From: an uncultured Streptomyces sp.
GTDB lineage: Bacteria; Actinomycetota; Actinomycetes; Streptomycetales; Streptomycetaceae
Length of the DNA stretch: 64,000 nt
Reading direction: 5' to 3'
NCBI GenBank assembly: GCA_965653385.1
Contig: CBFGZZ010000002.1
Span: 6,997-70,996, forward strand
Shown here piece after piece: positions 36,404 through 44,872 of this stretch. The notes under the pieces were generated by a model, which was given only the letters and a program-made list of their open reading frames with translations, made no database searches and was not told the DNA's origin. The first letter of the stretch is position 1, and the number at the start of each line of letters is the position of its first letter. Made by a program: the position numbers and the translations under genes.

Positions 36404-37186
36404 CTACTTGCCCGTGAACTTCTCGTACTCCTTGAGGACCTCGTCCGTCGGTCCGTCCATGCGCAGCTCGCCGCGTTCCAGCCACAGGACGCGGTTGCAG
36501 GTGTCGCGGATCGACTTGTTGTTGTGACTGACGAGGAACACCGTGCCGGCTTCCTTGCGCAGCTCACGGATGCGGTCCTCGGAGCGCTTCTGGAACTTGC
36601 GGTCGCCGGTGGCCAGCGCCTCGTCGATCATGAGGACGTCGTGGTCCTTGGCGGCGGCGATGGAGAAGCGCAGGCGGGCCGCCATGCCGGAGGAGTAGGT
36701 GCGCATGGGGAGGGTGATGAAGTCGCCCTTCTCGTTGATGCCGGAGAAGTCGACGATCTCCTGGTAGCGCTCCTTGATCTGCTCGCGGGACATGCCCATG
36801 GCGAGCCCGCCCAATATGACGTTCCGCTCGCCCGTGAGGTCGTTCATCAGGGCCGCGTTCACACCGAGCAGCGAGGGCTGGCCGTCGGTGTAGACCTTGC
36901 CCTTCTCCGCCGGGAGCAGGCCGGCGATGGCACGCAGCAGCGTGGACTTGCCGGAGCCGTTGGAGCCGATCAGGCCGATGGCCTCGCCCCGGTAGGCGAC
37001 GAAGGAGACACCCCGGACGGCGTGCACCTTGCGCACGCCCCGCTCCTCGCCGCGCTTGAGGATGCGGCTCAGGGCGGCGGTGGCGCTGCCCTTGCCGGTC
37101 TTGGCGCCGTTGACGCGGTAGACGATGTGCAGCTCGTCCGCGATGACGGTGGGGATGCGCTCCGCGTCCTGCTCGGGGTCAGCCAC
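36404..37186 (-). CDS. ABC transporter ATP-binding protein (TagH/KpsT-like polysaccharide/polyol-phosphate exporter)
   Basis: Walker A GSNGSGKST, signature YSSGMAARL, Walker B VLMIDEAL. The GTG start overlaps the permease stop by 8 nt. Confidence 0.9.
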   Translation of the reverse strand: MADPEQDAERIPTVIADELHIVYRVNGAKTGKGSATAALSRILKRGEERGVRKVHAVRGVSFVAYRGEAIGLIGSNGSGKSTLLRAIAGLLPAEKGKVYTDGQPSLLGVNAALMNDLTGERNVILGGLAMGMSREQIKERYQEIVDFSGINEKGDFITLPMRTYSSGMAARLRFSIAAAKDHDVLMIDEALATGDRKFQKRSEDRIRELRKEAGTVFLVSHNNKSIRDTCNRVLWLERGELRMDGPTDEVLKEYEKFTGK

Positions 37187-38114
37187 GGCCGTACCTCTCT
37201 TCCGCCTTCCAGAAGTAGACGAAGCCGGCTCCGCCCGCCAGCACCGCCCAGCCCAGCGCGAAGGCCCACACGTGCGCGGGCAGGAACGAGGAATCGTATC
37301 CGTCGATCATCGCGAAACGGACCAGGTCCATATAGATCGCCGCGGGGTTCCACTGCAGGACGTCGGTGATCCAGCCCGGCCAGTTCTTGTCCGCGAGCAT
37401 CGCCGGGATGCTGAACATCACGCCGGACGCGTACATCCAGGTACGCAGGAGGAACGGCATCAGCTGGGCCAGGTCGGGCGTCTTGCTGCCCATGCGGGCG
37501 AAGATCAGAGCGAGCCCCGAGTTGAAGACGAACTGCAGCGTCAGCGCGGGCACGACGAGCAGCCAGGACAGGTCGGGGAAGCTGCCGAAGGCCATCATGA
37601 TCACGACGAGCACGCCCATGGAGTAGAGCAGCTGCTGGAGCTGCTGGAGCGCGAACGACAGCGGCAGCGAGGCCCGGGGGAAGTGCAGTGCGCGTACCAG
37701 GCCCAGGTTGCCCGAGATGGCACGCACACCCGCGAGCACCGAGCTCTGGGTGAACGTGAAGACGAACACGCCGGTCACCAGGAACGGCACGTAGATGTCG
37801 CCCGGGATGCCCTCCCGGGCGCCCAGCAGCATGCCGAAGATGAAGAAGTACACGGCCGCGTTCAGCAGCGGGGTGGCCACCTGCCAGAGCTGGCCGAGCT
37901 TCGCCTGGCTGTACTGGGCGGTCAGCTTCGCCCGCGAGAACGCGAGGATGAAGTGCCGCCGGTCCCAGAGCTGGCGGACGTACTCGAACAGCGAGGGGCG
38001 GGCGCCGCTCACGGTCAGCCCGTGCTTGGCGGCCAGCTGGGCCGCCGTGAGTCCCTCGTCGGGCGACGGAGGCGCGCTCACCGCGACTCCGCCGTCGTGC
38101 GTTGTCTCACTCAC
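37179..38114 (-). CDS. ABC-2 type transporter permease (TagG-like)
   Basis: Six predicted TM helices and the ABC-2 pattern (FSRAKLTAQYSQAKLGQLWQVATPLL). GTG start. Confidence 0.85.
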   Translation of the reverse strand: MSETTHDGGVAVSAPPSPDEGLTAAQLAAKHGLTVSGARPSLFEYVRQLWDRRHFILAFSRAKLTAQYSQAKLGQLWQVATPLLNAAVYFFIFGMLLGAREGIPGDIYVPFLVTGVFVFTFTQSSVLAGVRAISGNLGLVRALHFPRASLPLSFALQQLQQLLYSMGVLVVIMMAFGSFPDLSWLLVVPALTLQFVFNSGLALIFARMGSKTPDLAQLMPFLLRTWMYASGVMFSIPAMLADKNWPGWITDVLQWNPAAIYMDLVRFAMIDGYDSSFLPAHVWAFALGWAVLAGGAGFVYFWKAEERYGRG

Positions 38115-38211
38115 CAGTGGAAACTTTCGTCTTCGAGATGCGCAGCCTGTGCGGGCTTGGCATGAACCTGGGGCCCGGATGGGGCCCGGGGGCTCTTCAG
38201 GACCGAGCTTG

Positions 38212-39084
38212 TCAGATGACGGGAGGTCGGCCCAGTCGAGTCAGCCGCCACACCGTACGCCACTTCATGGGCCGGCGGGGACCGCACGAGGTGGTCCACC
38301 CTTCCCGGAATCCGCCGAACCATGCCTTGAGGGCGGGGCGGGACGGGCGGCGGAGGAGGGTCAGCAGCATCCACACGCCCAGATAGACCGGGACGAGCGG
38401 GGCCGGAAGGTTTCGCCGGGCCAGCCAGACGCGGTTGCGGGCGACCATGCGGTGGTAGACCGCGTGCCGCGAGGGCGCGGTCGTCGGGTGGTACAGCACC
38501 ATGTCGGACCGGTAGTCGATCAGCCAGCCCGCGTCGAGGGCCCGCCATGCCAGGTCGGTTTCCTCATGGGCGTAGAAGAATGCGTCCGGCAGCCCGCCGA
38601 CTTCGGCGAAGACCTGGGTCCGGACGGCGTTGGCGCCACCCAGGAACGTGGTGACCCGCGAGGAACGCATCGGGTCGGAGGCCCGCAGCCGGGGCACATG
38701 GCGGCGCTGGGTGACTCCGGTCTCCGGGTCGGCGATGCGGAAGCTGACGATCCCGAGCTTCGGGTCGGCCTCGAAGGCCTCGCGGCACAGCTCGGCGGTG
38801 TCGTGGTGGGCGAGCAGGCCGTCGTCGTCGAGGAAGAGCAGGATGTCGACGTCACGACCGCTGGGCCCGAAGGCCTCGATGCCGACGTTACGGCCACCGG
38901 GGATGCCGAGGTTCTCGGGCAGTTCGATGGTGCGCACGCCCTCGGGGACGTCCGGCACCGGGGAGCCGTTGCCGACCACGACGACCTCGACGCGGTCGCC
39001 GTCCTGCTTGGCGACCGAGTCGAGGAGGGCACGCAGTTCGTCGGGGCGGTTGCCCATCGTGATGATGACCGCGCCGACCTTCAT
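38212..39084 (-). CDS. Glycosyltransferase family 2
   Basis: Contains MKVGAVIITMGNRPDEL...LPENLGIPGGRN...FLDDDG. The track ORF extends to 39624, but the ATG at 39084 lies 5 nt after the upstream stop. Confidence 0.85.
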   Translation of the reverse strand: MKVGAVIITMGNRPDELRALLDSVAKQDGDRVEVVVVGNGSPVPDVPEGVRTIELPENLGIPGGRNVGIEAFGPSGRDVDILLFLDDDGLLAHHDTAELCREAFEADPKLGIVSFRIADPETGVTQRRHVPRLRASDPMRSSRVTTFLGGANAVRTQVFAEVGGLPDAFFYAHEETDLAWRALDAGWLIDYRSDMVLYHPTTAPSRHAVYHRMVARNRVWLARRNLPAPLVPVYLGVWMLLTLLRRPSRPALKAWFGGFREGWTTSCGPRRPMKWRTVWRLTRLGRPPVI

Positions 39085-39089
39085 CCCGT

Positions 39090-39869
39090 TCACTTCAGCC
39101 TGCTGGAGGCGAGGATGGACACGAGGTGCAGCAGGGTCTGCAGCAGCGCGATGCCGGCGAGTACGGCGACGCCGAGCCGGGAGAAGAACAGGTCGCCGCG
39201 GGCCTGGTCGGCGATCGCGAGGACCACGATCAGCAGCGAGGCCTCGATGCCGAGGATCAGACGGTGGAACTTGAGCATGGCGGCGGCCCTGCGGGCCAGG
39301 GCCATGCCGGAGGAGCGCATCTCGGACGCCGCCTCCTGGACCGGGGGCTTGCCGGCCTGGTGGCGGGCGACGCCGACCAGGTCGGTCTCGGCCTTGATCA
39401 GGATCGCACCGAGCGCGGCCAGCGTGCCGAGGAAGGCCCACAACCAGTCGATACGGCCGCTGCCCCACAGGTCGGCGGCGCGCAGCCCGAAGCCGACGAG
39501 CACGGCGGCGTCGGTGAGATAGGCGCCGACGCGGTCGAGGTAGACGCCGTTCAGCGAGTACTGCTTCTTCCAGCGGGCGATCTCGCCGTCGACGCAGTCC
39601 AGCAGCAGATACATCTGGACGCACACCACGCCCAGCACGGCGCCCGGGATCCCCGGCACCAGAAGGGCCGGGGCCGCGAGCACACCGAAAACGGTCATCA
39701 GGTACGTGAGCTGGTTGGGCGTGACCCTGGTGTTCACCAGGTAGCGGTCGACCCGCAGGGACACCTCACGCATGTAGAGGCGTCCCATCCAGTGCTCACC
39801 GCTGCGCCGGTCCTTGACCCCTGCGGGGTGGACGACCGGACGGAGTTCAGCTACCGATGGCCTTGACAT
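39090..39869 (-). CDS. CDP-alcohol phosphatidyltransferase family membrane protein (variant signature)
   Basis: The motif DCVDGEIAR-x8-G-x3-D-x3-A has Ala in place of the last conserved Asp. Polytopic. The ATG at 39869 overlaps the upstream gene by 23 nt; an alternative start lies at 39788. Confidence 0.75.
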   Translation of the reverse strand: MSRPSVAELRPVVHPAGVKDRRSGEHWMGRLYMREVSLRVDRYLVNTRVTPNQLTYLMTVFGVLAAPALLVPGIPGAVLGVVCVQMYLLLDCVDGEIARWKKQYSLNGVYLDRVGAYLTDAAVLVGFGLRAADLWGSGRIDWLWAFLGTLAALGAILIKAETDLVGVARHQAGKPPVQEAASEMRSSGMALARRAAAMLKFHRLILGIEASLLIVVLAIADQARGDLFFSRLGVAVLAGIALLQTLLHLVSILASSRLK

Positions 39870-40908
39870 AGTCGGCGTAGATGTCCTTGATCTGGTCGGT
39901 TGTCAGGTCGAGGTGTTCGAGGATCGTGTAGCGGCCGGGCCGGGTCTGCGGAGCGAACTCCACCGCGCGGACGAACTCGTCGTCCGTGAAGCCGATCTCC
40001 CTGGGCAGTACCGGCAGCCCGTGCCGACGCAGCACCTCGGCCATGAAGGCCGACTCCTCGTGCGCCCCGCGCAGGTACATGGCGAAAGCCGCACCCAGTC
40101 CGCACTGCTCGCCGTGGGCGGCGGCACGCTTGGGGAACAGCAGGTCGAAGGCGTGGTTGATCTCGTGGCAGGCGCCGGAGGACGGACGGGAGTCGCCCGA
40201 CACCGACATGGCGATACCGCTGAGCACCAGCGCCTCGGCGAGCACCTGGAGGAAGCCGGTGTCCCCTATACCTCCGGGGTGCCGGAGCACCGCCTCACCG
40301 GCCTGGCGGGCGATGGCGGCGGCGAGGCCGTCGATCTTCTCGCCGTTGACGCGGTTGGCGAGCTCCCAGTCCGCGATCGCCGAGATATTGGAGATCGCGT
40401 CGCCGATGCCGGCCCGTACGAAGCGGGCCGGGGCCTCGTGGATGATGTCGAGGTCGATGACGACGGCGATCGGGTTCGGCACGCCGTACGAGCCGCGGCC
40501 CGCGTCGTTGTCGAGGGTGGCGACCGGCGAGCACAGGCCGTCGTGCGCGAGGTTCGTCGGTACGGCGACCAGGGGCAGGCCGACGCGTGCCGCGGCGAAC
40601 TTGGCGCAGTCGATGATCTTCCCGCCGCCGAGGCCGACGACGGCGTCGTAGTGGCCGGCCTTTATGTCACTGGCCAGCCGCACCGCGTCGTCGAGCGTGC
40701 CGCCGCCGACCTCGTACCAGCTGGCGCCGGGCAGCACGGGAGCGAGCCGCTCCCTCAGCCGGGCACCGGAACCGTTGCTGACCGCGACGGCCAGCTTGCC
40801 GGAGTGCGAGATGCGCTCGTCGGCGAGCACACCGCCCAGGTCGTCGAGGGCGCCCGCGCGGATGTCGACGACGACGGGCGAGGGGATCAGCCGGGTCAGT
40901 ACAGGCAT
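39847..40908 (-). CDS. Fe-ADH-superfamily enzyme, sn-glycerol-1-phosphate dehydrogenase-like (EgsA/AraM type)
   Basis: Contains GLGGGKIIDCAKF, VPTNLAHDGLCSP and SSGACHEINHAFD blocks. Trimmed to the ATG at 40908, a 13-nt overlap with the upstream gene. The family is confident; the G1P-specific call rests on motif memory. Confidence 0.6.
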   Translation of the reverse strand: MPVLTRLIPSPVVVDIRAGALDDLGGVLADERISHSGKLAVAVSNGSGARLRERLAPVLPGASWYEVGGGTLDDAVRLASDIKAGHYDAVVGLGGGKIIDCAKFAAARVGLPLVAVPTNLAHDGLCSPVATLDNDAGRGSYGVPNPIAVVIDLDIIHEAPARFVRAGIGDAISNISAIADWELANRVNGEKIDGLAAAIARQAGEAVLRHPGGIGDTGFLQVLAEALVLSGIAMSVSGDSRPSSGACHEINHAFDLLFPKRAAAHGEQCGLGAAFAMYLRGAHEESAFMAEVLRRHGLPVLPREIGFTDDEFVRAVEFAPQTRPGRYTILEHLDLTTDQIKDIYADYVKAIGS

Positions 40909-41648
40909 GCGATCTCCCGTCCGCGAGCGAGATCGTCGTGGTTGTCGATCTCCACCCACTTGACGTCGCCGATCGGCGCCACGTCGATGCGGAAGCCGCG
41001 GTCCACCAGCTCCTGGTAGCCGTGCTCGTAGAACTGCTGCGGGTCGGTCTCCCAGACCGCCTTCAGGGCGTCGGCCAGCTCGGGGGCGGCGTCTCCCTCG
41101 ATGAGGGTGACGCCGATGTACTCGCCGGTGGCCTCGGCGGGATCCATCAGCTTGGTGATCTTCGTCATGCCCTTCTCGGGGTCGACGACGACCTTCATCT
41201 CCTCGTCGGCCAGGCTCTTCACCGTGTCCAGCGCGAGGATGATCTTCTTGCCGTCGCCGCGGGCGGCGAGCAGCGTCTTCTCGACGGAGACCGGGTGCAC
41301 GGTGTCGCCGTTGGCGAGGATCACACCGTCCTTGAGGGCGTCACGGCCGCACCACAGGGAGTAGGCGTTGTTCCACTCCTCGGCCTTGTCGTTGTCGATG
41401 AGGGTGAGCTTCAGGCCGTACTTCGCCTCCAGCTCCTCCTTGCGCGCGTACACGGCTTCCTTGCGGTAGCCGACGATGATCGCGACCTCGGTCAGACCGA
41501 TCTCGGCGAAGTTCCCGAGGGTCAGATCGAGAACCGTGGGTTCCCCCTCTATACCCGCGGGCCCCACTGGCACCAGAGCCTTCGGAAGGCTGTCTGTGTA
41601 GGGGCGCAGACGCCGTCCGGCGCCGGCCGCCAGCACGAGGCCGATCAT
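40896..41648 (-). CDS. Nucleotidyltransferase (NTP_transferase; sugar/polyol-phosphate cytidylyl/nucleotidylyl-transferase)
   Basis: N-terminus MIGLVLAAGAGRRLRPYTDSLPKALVPV. 250 aa. Its ATG overlaps the upstream stop (ATGA at 41645-41648). Confidence 0.8.
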   Translation of the reverse strand: MIGLVLAAGAGRRLRPYTDSLPKALVPVGPAGIEGEPTVLDLTLGNFAEIGLTEVAIIVGYRKEAVYARKEELEAKYGLKLTLIDNDKAEEWNNAYSLWCGRDALKDGVILANGDTVHPVSVEKTLLAARGDGKKIILALDTVKSLADEEMKVVVDPEKGMTKITKLMDPAEATGEYIGVTLIEGDAAPELADALKAVWETDPQQFYEHGYQELVDRGFRIDVAPIGDVKWVEIDNHDDLARGREIACLY

Positions 41649-43453
41649 GCGGGTTCTCCTTCATCGTGTACGGCGGGCGCCCCGGAGGACACCCAGAAGC
41701 GGATGCTCTCGACGAGCACCACCAGGGCCACGGCCACGGCGATCACCGTGAACGCGACCGTGAACTGTGAGGCGGAGAGCACCGCGGCGAGGACGGTGAC
41801 GAGCAGCGTCCGTCCTTCGTGCCCCCCGATGGCGCGCACCAGCCAGGCCGGGGGCGCTCCGGCGTTGCCGCGGATGCGGTACACCGTGTCGTAGTGATGG
41901 TAGGCGACGGCCCCCACCAGCCCGAAAGCCGCAGGAAGGGCTCCGTTCACGTCCGCTTTGACCGCGAGGACGAGGACGGTGCCGTACTCGGCGGCGCGGA
42001 AGACCGGGGGGACCAGCCAGTCGAGGGCGCCCTTGAGGGGCAGGGCGACGGCGGCGGCCGAGGTGAGCACGTAGAGGACGGCTGCCGCGACCGGCAACGC
42101 GCTGCCGTACGGCTCCAGTGCCGCCGCGAGGACCAGCAGGGCCGCGCCGGGCAGGGCGACGAGGACGCGGGCGCCGAACGGCGGCTTGGCGGGCAGCTTG
42201 CGCAGCGCTCGTGCCAACGCCTCGGCGAGCGGCCCGCTGTCCGCCAGGTCCGCCAGCGCCTGCGCCGCCCGGTCCGTCCGCCGGGCCTTGCGGGTCAGCG
42301 AGCGCAGTACGCGGCCCGCCGTGGTGTACGTCGCGGCGAAGGCGCAGCCGATGAGCAGCGCGTAGAAGGTGATCCGAGGGGTGGTGACCGCCGTGAGCAC
42401 CGCGATCATCGCCCAGCGCTCGCCGATCGGCAGAACGATCATCCGGCGCACCCACACCGTCCAGCCGACGCTGTCGAGCTTGTCGGAGAGGGCCGCGGTG
42501 GGGCTGGTGTTGGCGGTGGCGTCGTGGTTGGCCTCGTTGAAGGAGAAGTCCACGACATGCCGGCAGGTCTGGAGGACCATCGCGCCGAGGGCGAGGGCCC
42601 AGACGTCGTCGCCGCCCCGGGCCGCGCCGAGGGCGAGGCCGGCGTAGTAGGCGTACTCCTTGGCCCGGTCGAAGGTGGCGTCCAGCCAGGCGCCGAGCGT
42701 GGAGTACTGCAGGGAGTAGCGGGCGAGCTGGCCGTCGGTGCAGTCCAGGACGAACGAGAAGATCAGCAGGAGCCCGGCCGCGACGAACCCGCCCCGGGTG
42801 CCGGTGGCCGCGCAGCCCGCCGCGATGAGCGCGGTGATCAGGGAGGCGGTGGTGACCTGGTTGGGGGTCAGGCCACGGCGGGCGCACCAGCGGGCGATGT
42901 AGCGGGAGTAGGGGCTGACGCAATAGGTCGTGAAGAAGCCGTCACGGGACTTCACGGCCGACTTCAGGCGTACGGCCTCGTCGTCGACGGTCAGGACGGC
43001 CTGCCGTGCCTCGTTGCGGGCCTGCGGGTCGGCCGGGACGGCGGCGACCAGGCTGCCGAGCTCGGGGCGGTGGACGTCGGTGCCCTCGTCGTCGAGCGCG
43101 GTGACGATGCGGTCGGCGAGGTTGTCGACCGCCACGGCCGTGCCGCCGCCCGCGGAGTTCTCGCGCGCCATCGCGCGGGTCAGGGCGTGGCGGCCGGCCG
43201 GCTGGGCCGTCACGGCGCCGGGGATCGCGGCGAGCGGGAAGCGGGGGTCGGTCAGGCCGAGGCGCAGCGCGTGCCGGTGGCCGACGAAGCGGGCGTCGAC
43301 GACGGCGACCCGCTGGTCGCCGGGTACCTGGGCGAGGAGCGTCTCGGCGTCGGCGGCGTCGGATGCGACCCGCACGTCATAGCCGAGGGACCGCAGATCG
43401 CCCTCGATCGACGATCCGGGGACCGGCTGACCGGTGAGGATGGCGGTCGACAA
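41645..43453 (-). CDS. Large CDP-alcohol phosphatidyltransferase-domain membrane protein (soluble N-domain + CDP-OH transferase + C-terminal polytopic DUF5941-like region)
   Basis: Canonical signature DCTDGQLAR-x8-G-x3-D-x3-D at about residues 237-262. About 170 N-terminal residues are non-hydrophobic, and a long hydrophobic C-terminal half follows. The apparent start is TTG at 43453. Confidence 0.75.
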   Translation of the reverse strand: MSTAILTGQPVPGSSIEGDLRSLGYDVRVASDAADAETLLAQVPGDQRVAVVDARFVGHRHALRLGLTDPRFPLAAIPGAVTAQPAGRHALTRAMARENSAGGGTAVAVDNLADRIVTALDDEGTDVHRPELGSLVAAVPADPQARNEARQAVLTVDDEAVRLKSAVKSRDGFFTTYCVSPYSRYIARWCARRGLTPNQVTTASLITALIAAGCAATGTRGGFVAAGLLLIFSFVLDCTDGQLARYSLQYSTLGAWLDATFDRAKEYAYYAGLALGAARGGDDVWALALGAMVLQTCRHVVDFSFNEANHDATANTSPTAALSDKLDSVGWTVWVRRMIVLPIGERWAMIAVLTAVTTPRITFYALLIGCAFAATYTTAGRVLRSLTRKARRTDRAAQALADLADSGPLAEALARALRKLPAKPPFGARVLVALPGAALLVLAAALEPYGSALPVAAAVLYVLTSAAAVALPLKGALDWLVPPVFRAAEYGTVLVLAVKADVNGALPAAFGLVGAVAYHHYDTVYRIRGNAGAPPAWLVRAIGGHEGRTLLVTVLAAVLSASQFTVAFTVIAVAVALVVLVESIRFWVSSGAPAVHDEGEPA

Positions 43454-43733
43454 CCGAACTCACTCCCTGGGGGCCGGCGTGTCCGCGCCGGTCATGTACG
43501 TGGGTGGCGGCGCCCGTTGGCGGTGGCGGCCGGGCGGCGTGTCGGCAGAGGCTATCGGATGGATGGAAGCCGACGTTCACCACCCGTTTGACGGAGCGAT
43601 CAACGCGGTTTGCCCAGCGCATTGCCGCGATCATCATCGGGGATCCGGGGCTCCGCCCACAAACTCGTACTGACAGACGGGACATCGGGGACATTGGTTC
43701 CACCGTCGGCACCCCGGCATAGGGTGGGCGACC

Positions 43734-44717
43734 ATGACATGGCTGATCACAGGCGGAGCCGGATACATCGGAGCACATGTGGCGCGGGCCATGACCGACG
43801 CCGGGGAGCGGGTCCTCGTACTGGACGACCTCTCGGCCGGGCGGCCCGCTCGGCTCCCCGCTCATGTTCCCCTCGTCGAGGGCTCGTCGCTCGACGGTGA
43901 CCTGCTGAAGCGGGTGTTCGCCGAGCACACGGTGACCGGTGTGGTGCATCTCGCGGCGCGCAAGCAGGTCGGCGAGTCCGTGGCGGAGCCGACGCGCTAC
44001 TACCGGGAGAACGTGGGCGGTCTGGCCACGCTCCTGGAAGCGGTCGCCGAGGCGGGGATCAAGCGGTTCCTGTTCTCGTCGTCCGCCGCGGTCTACGGCA
44101 ACCCGGATGTGGATCTCATCACGGAGGACACCCCGTGCGCGCCGGTGAACCCGTACGGCGAGACCAAGCTCGCCGGGGAGTGGCTGGTGCGGGCGGCGGG
44201 CCAGGCATACGGGATCTCCACCGTCTGCCTGCGCTACTTCAACGTCGCGGGCGCCGCCTCGCCCGAGCTGGCCGACACCGGCGTCTTCAACATCGTCCCC
44301 ATGGTCTTCGACCGGCTGACCCGCGACGAGGCCCCGCGGATCTTCGGCGACGACTATCCGACGCCGGACGGCACCTGCGTGCGTGACTACATCCATGTCG
44401 CCGACCTCGCCGAGGCGCACCTGGCGGCGGCCCGGCGGTTGACGGCACCCGACGCGAGCGGCGATCTGACCGTCAACATCGGCCGCGGCGAGGGCGTCTC
44501 CGTACGCGAGCTGATCACCGTCATCGGCGAGGTCACCGGCGACGCGCGCCCCGCCGTCGTCGAGGCCCGGCGCCCCGGCGACGCCCCGCGCGCGGTCGCC
44601 TCGGCCGCACTCGCCGCCGGGAAGCTCGGCTGGACGGCCCGGCGCGGGGTACGCGAGATGGTCGAGTCGGCATGGCAGGGGTGGCTGCTGCACCACGGCG
44701 GCCGGCCGGGCAACTGA
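43734..44717 (+). CDS. galE: UDP-glucose 4-epimerase
   Basis: Contains WLITGGAGYIGAH, YGETK (YxxxK) and VCLRYFNVAG. 327 aa. Confidence 0.9.
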   Translation: MTWLITGGAGYIGAHVARAMTDAGERVLVLDDLSAGRPARLPAHVPLVEGSSLDGDLLKRVFAEHTVTGVVHLAARKQVGESVAEPTRYYRENVGGLATLLEAVAEAGIKRFLFSSSAAVYGNPDVDLITEDTPCAPVNPYGETKLAGEWLVRAAGQAYGISTVCLRYFNVAGAASPELADTGVFNIVPMVFDRLTRDEAPRIFGDDYPTPDGTCVRDYIHVADLAEAHLAAARRLTAPDASGDLTVNIGRGEGVSVRELITVIGEVTGDARPAVVEARRPGDAPRAVASAALAAGKLGWTARRGVREMVESAWQGWLLHHGGRPGN

Positions 44718-44727
44718 TCATGCAGGG

Positions 44728-44760
44728 CCCTGACCTGCGGCTCGTTTCCGCAGGTCAGGG
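44728..44760 (+). terminator. Perfect 13-bp hairpin downstream of galE
   Basis: CCCTGACCTGCGG-ctcgttt-CCGCAGGTCAGGG begins 11 nt after the galE stop. Confidence 0.6.
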
Positions 44761-44872
44761 CACATGACAACGGTGTTCAGTGCCGCGTTGCCCGATACCC
44801 CCCGCCCGTAGTTCACTGTGATCCCGGACGGACATTGCGATCGTCGGACAGATCACGGAAGGGCGGCTTCCC

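Noticed and set aside
36404-43453. The G1P-dehydrogenase operon read as an archaeal-type isoprenoid ether-lipid pathway, prompted by the flanking isoprenoid genes.
   Set aside because: No GGGP-synthase (PcrB) or UbiA-type prenyltransferase, and no CarS-like CDP-archaeol synthase, is visible in the window. The GT2 and the TagGH-like exporter fit a secreted or surface polyol-phosphate product better. I keep it only as a remote alternative.
43454-43733. Promoter calls in the galE / CDP-alcohol-transferase divergent region (TAGGGT 8 nt before the galE ATG, suggesting a leaderless mRNA), and in the hpnC upstream region.
   Set aside because: I could not pair the -10-like hexamers with a -35 element at acceptable spacing. 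This is too speculative to report as features without transcription start site data.
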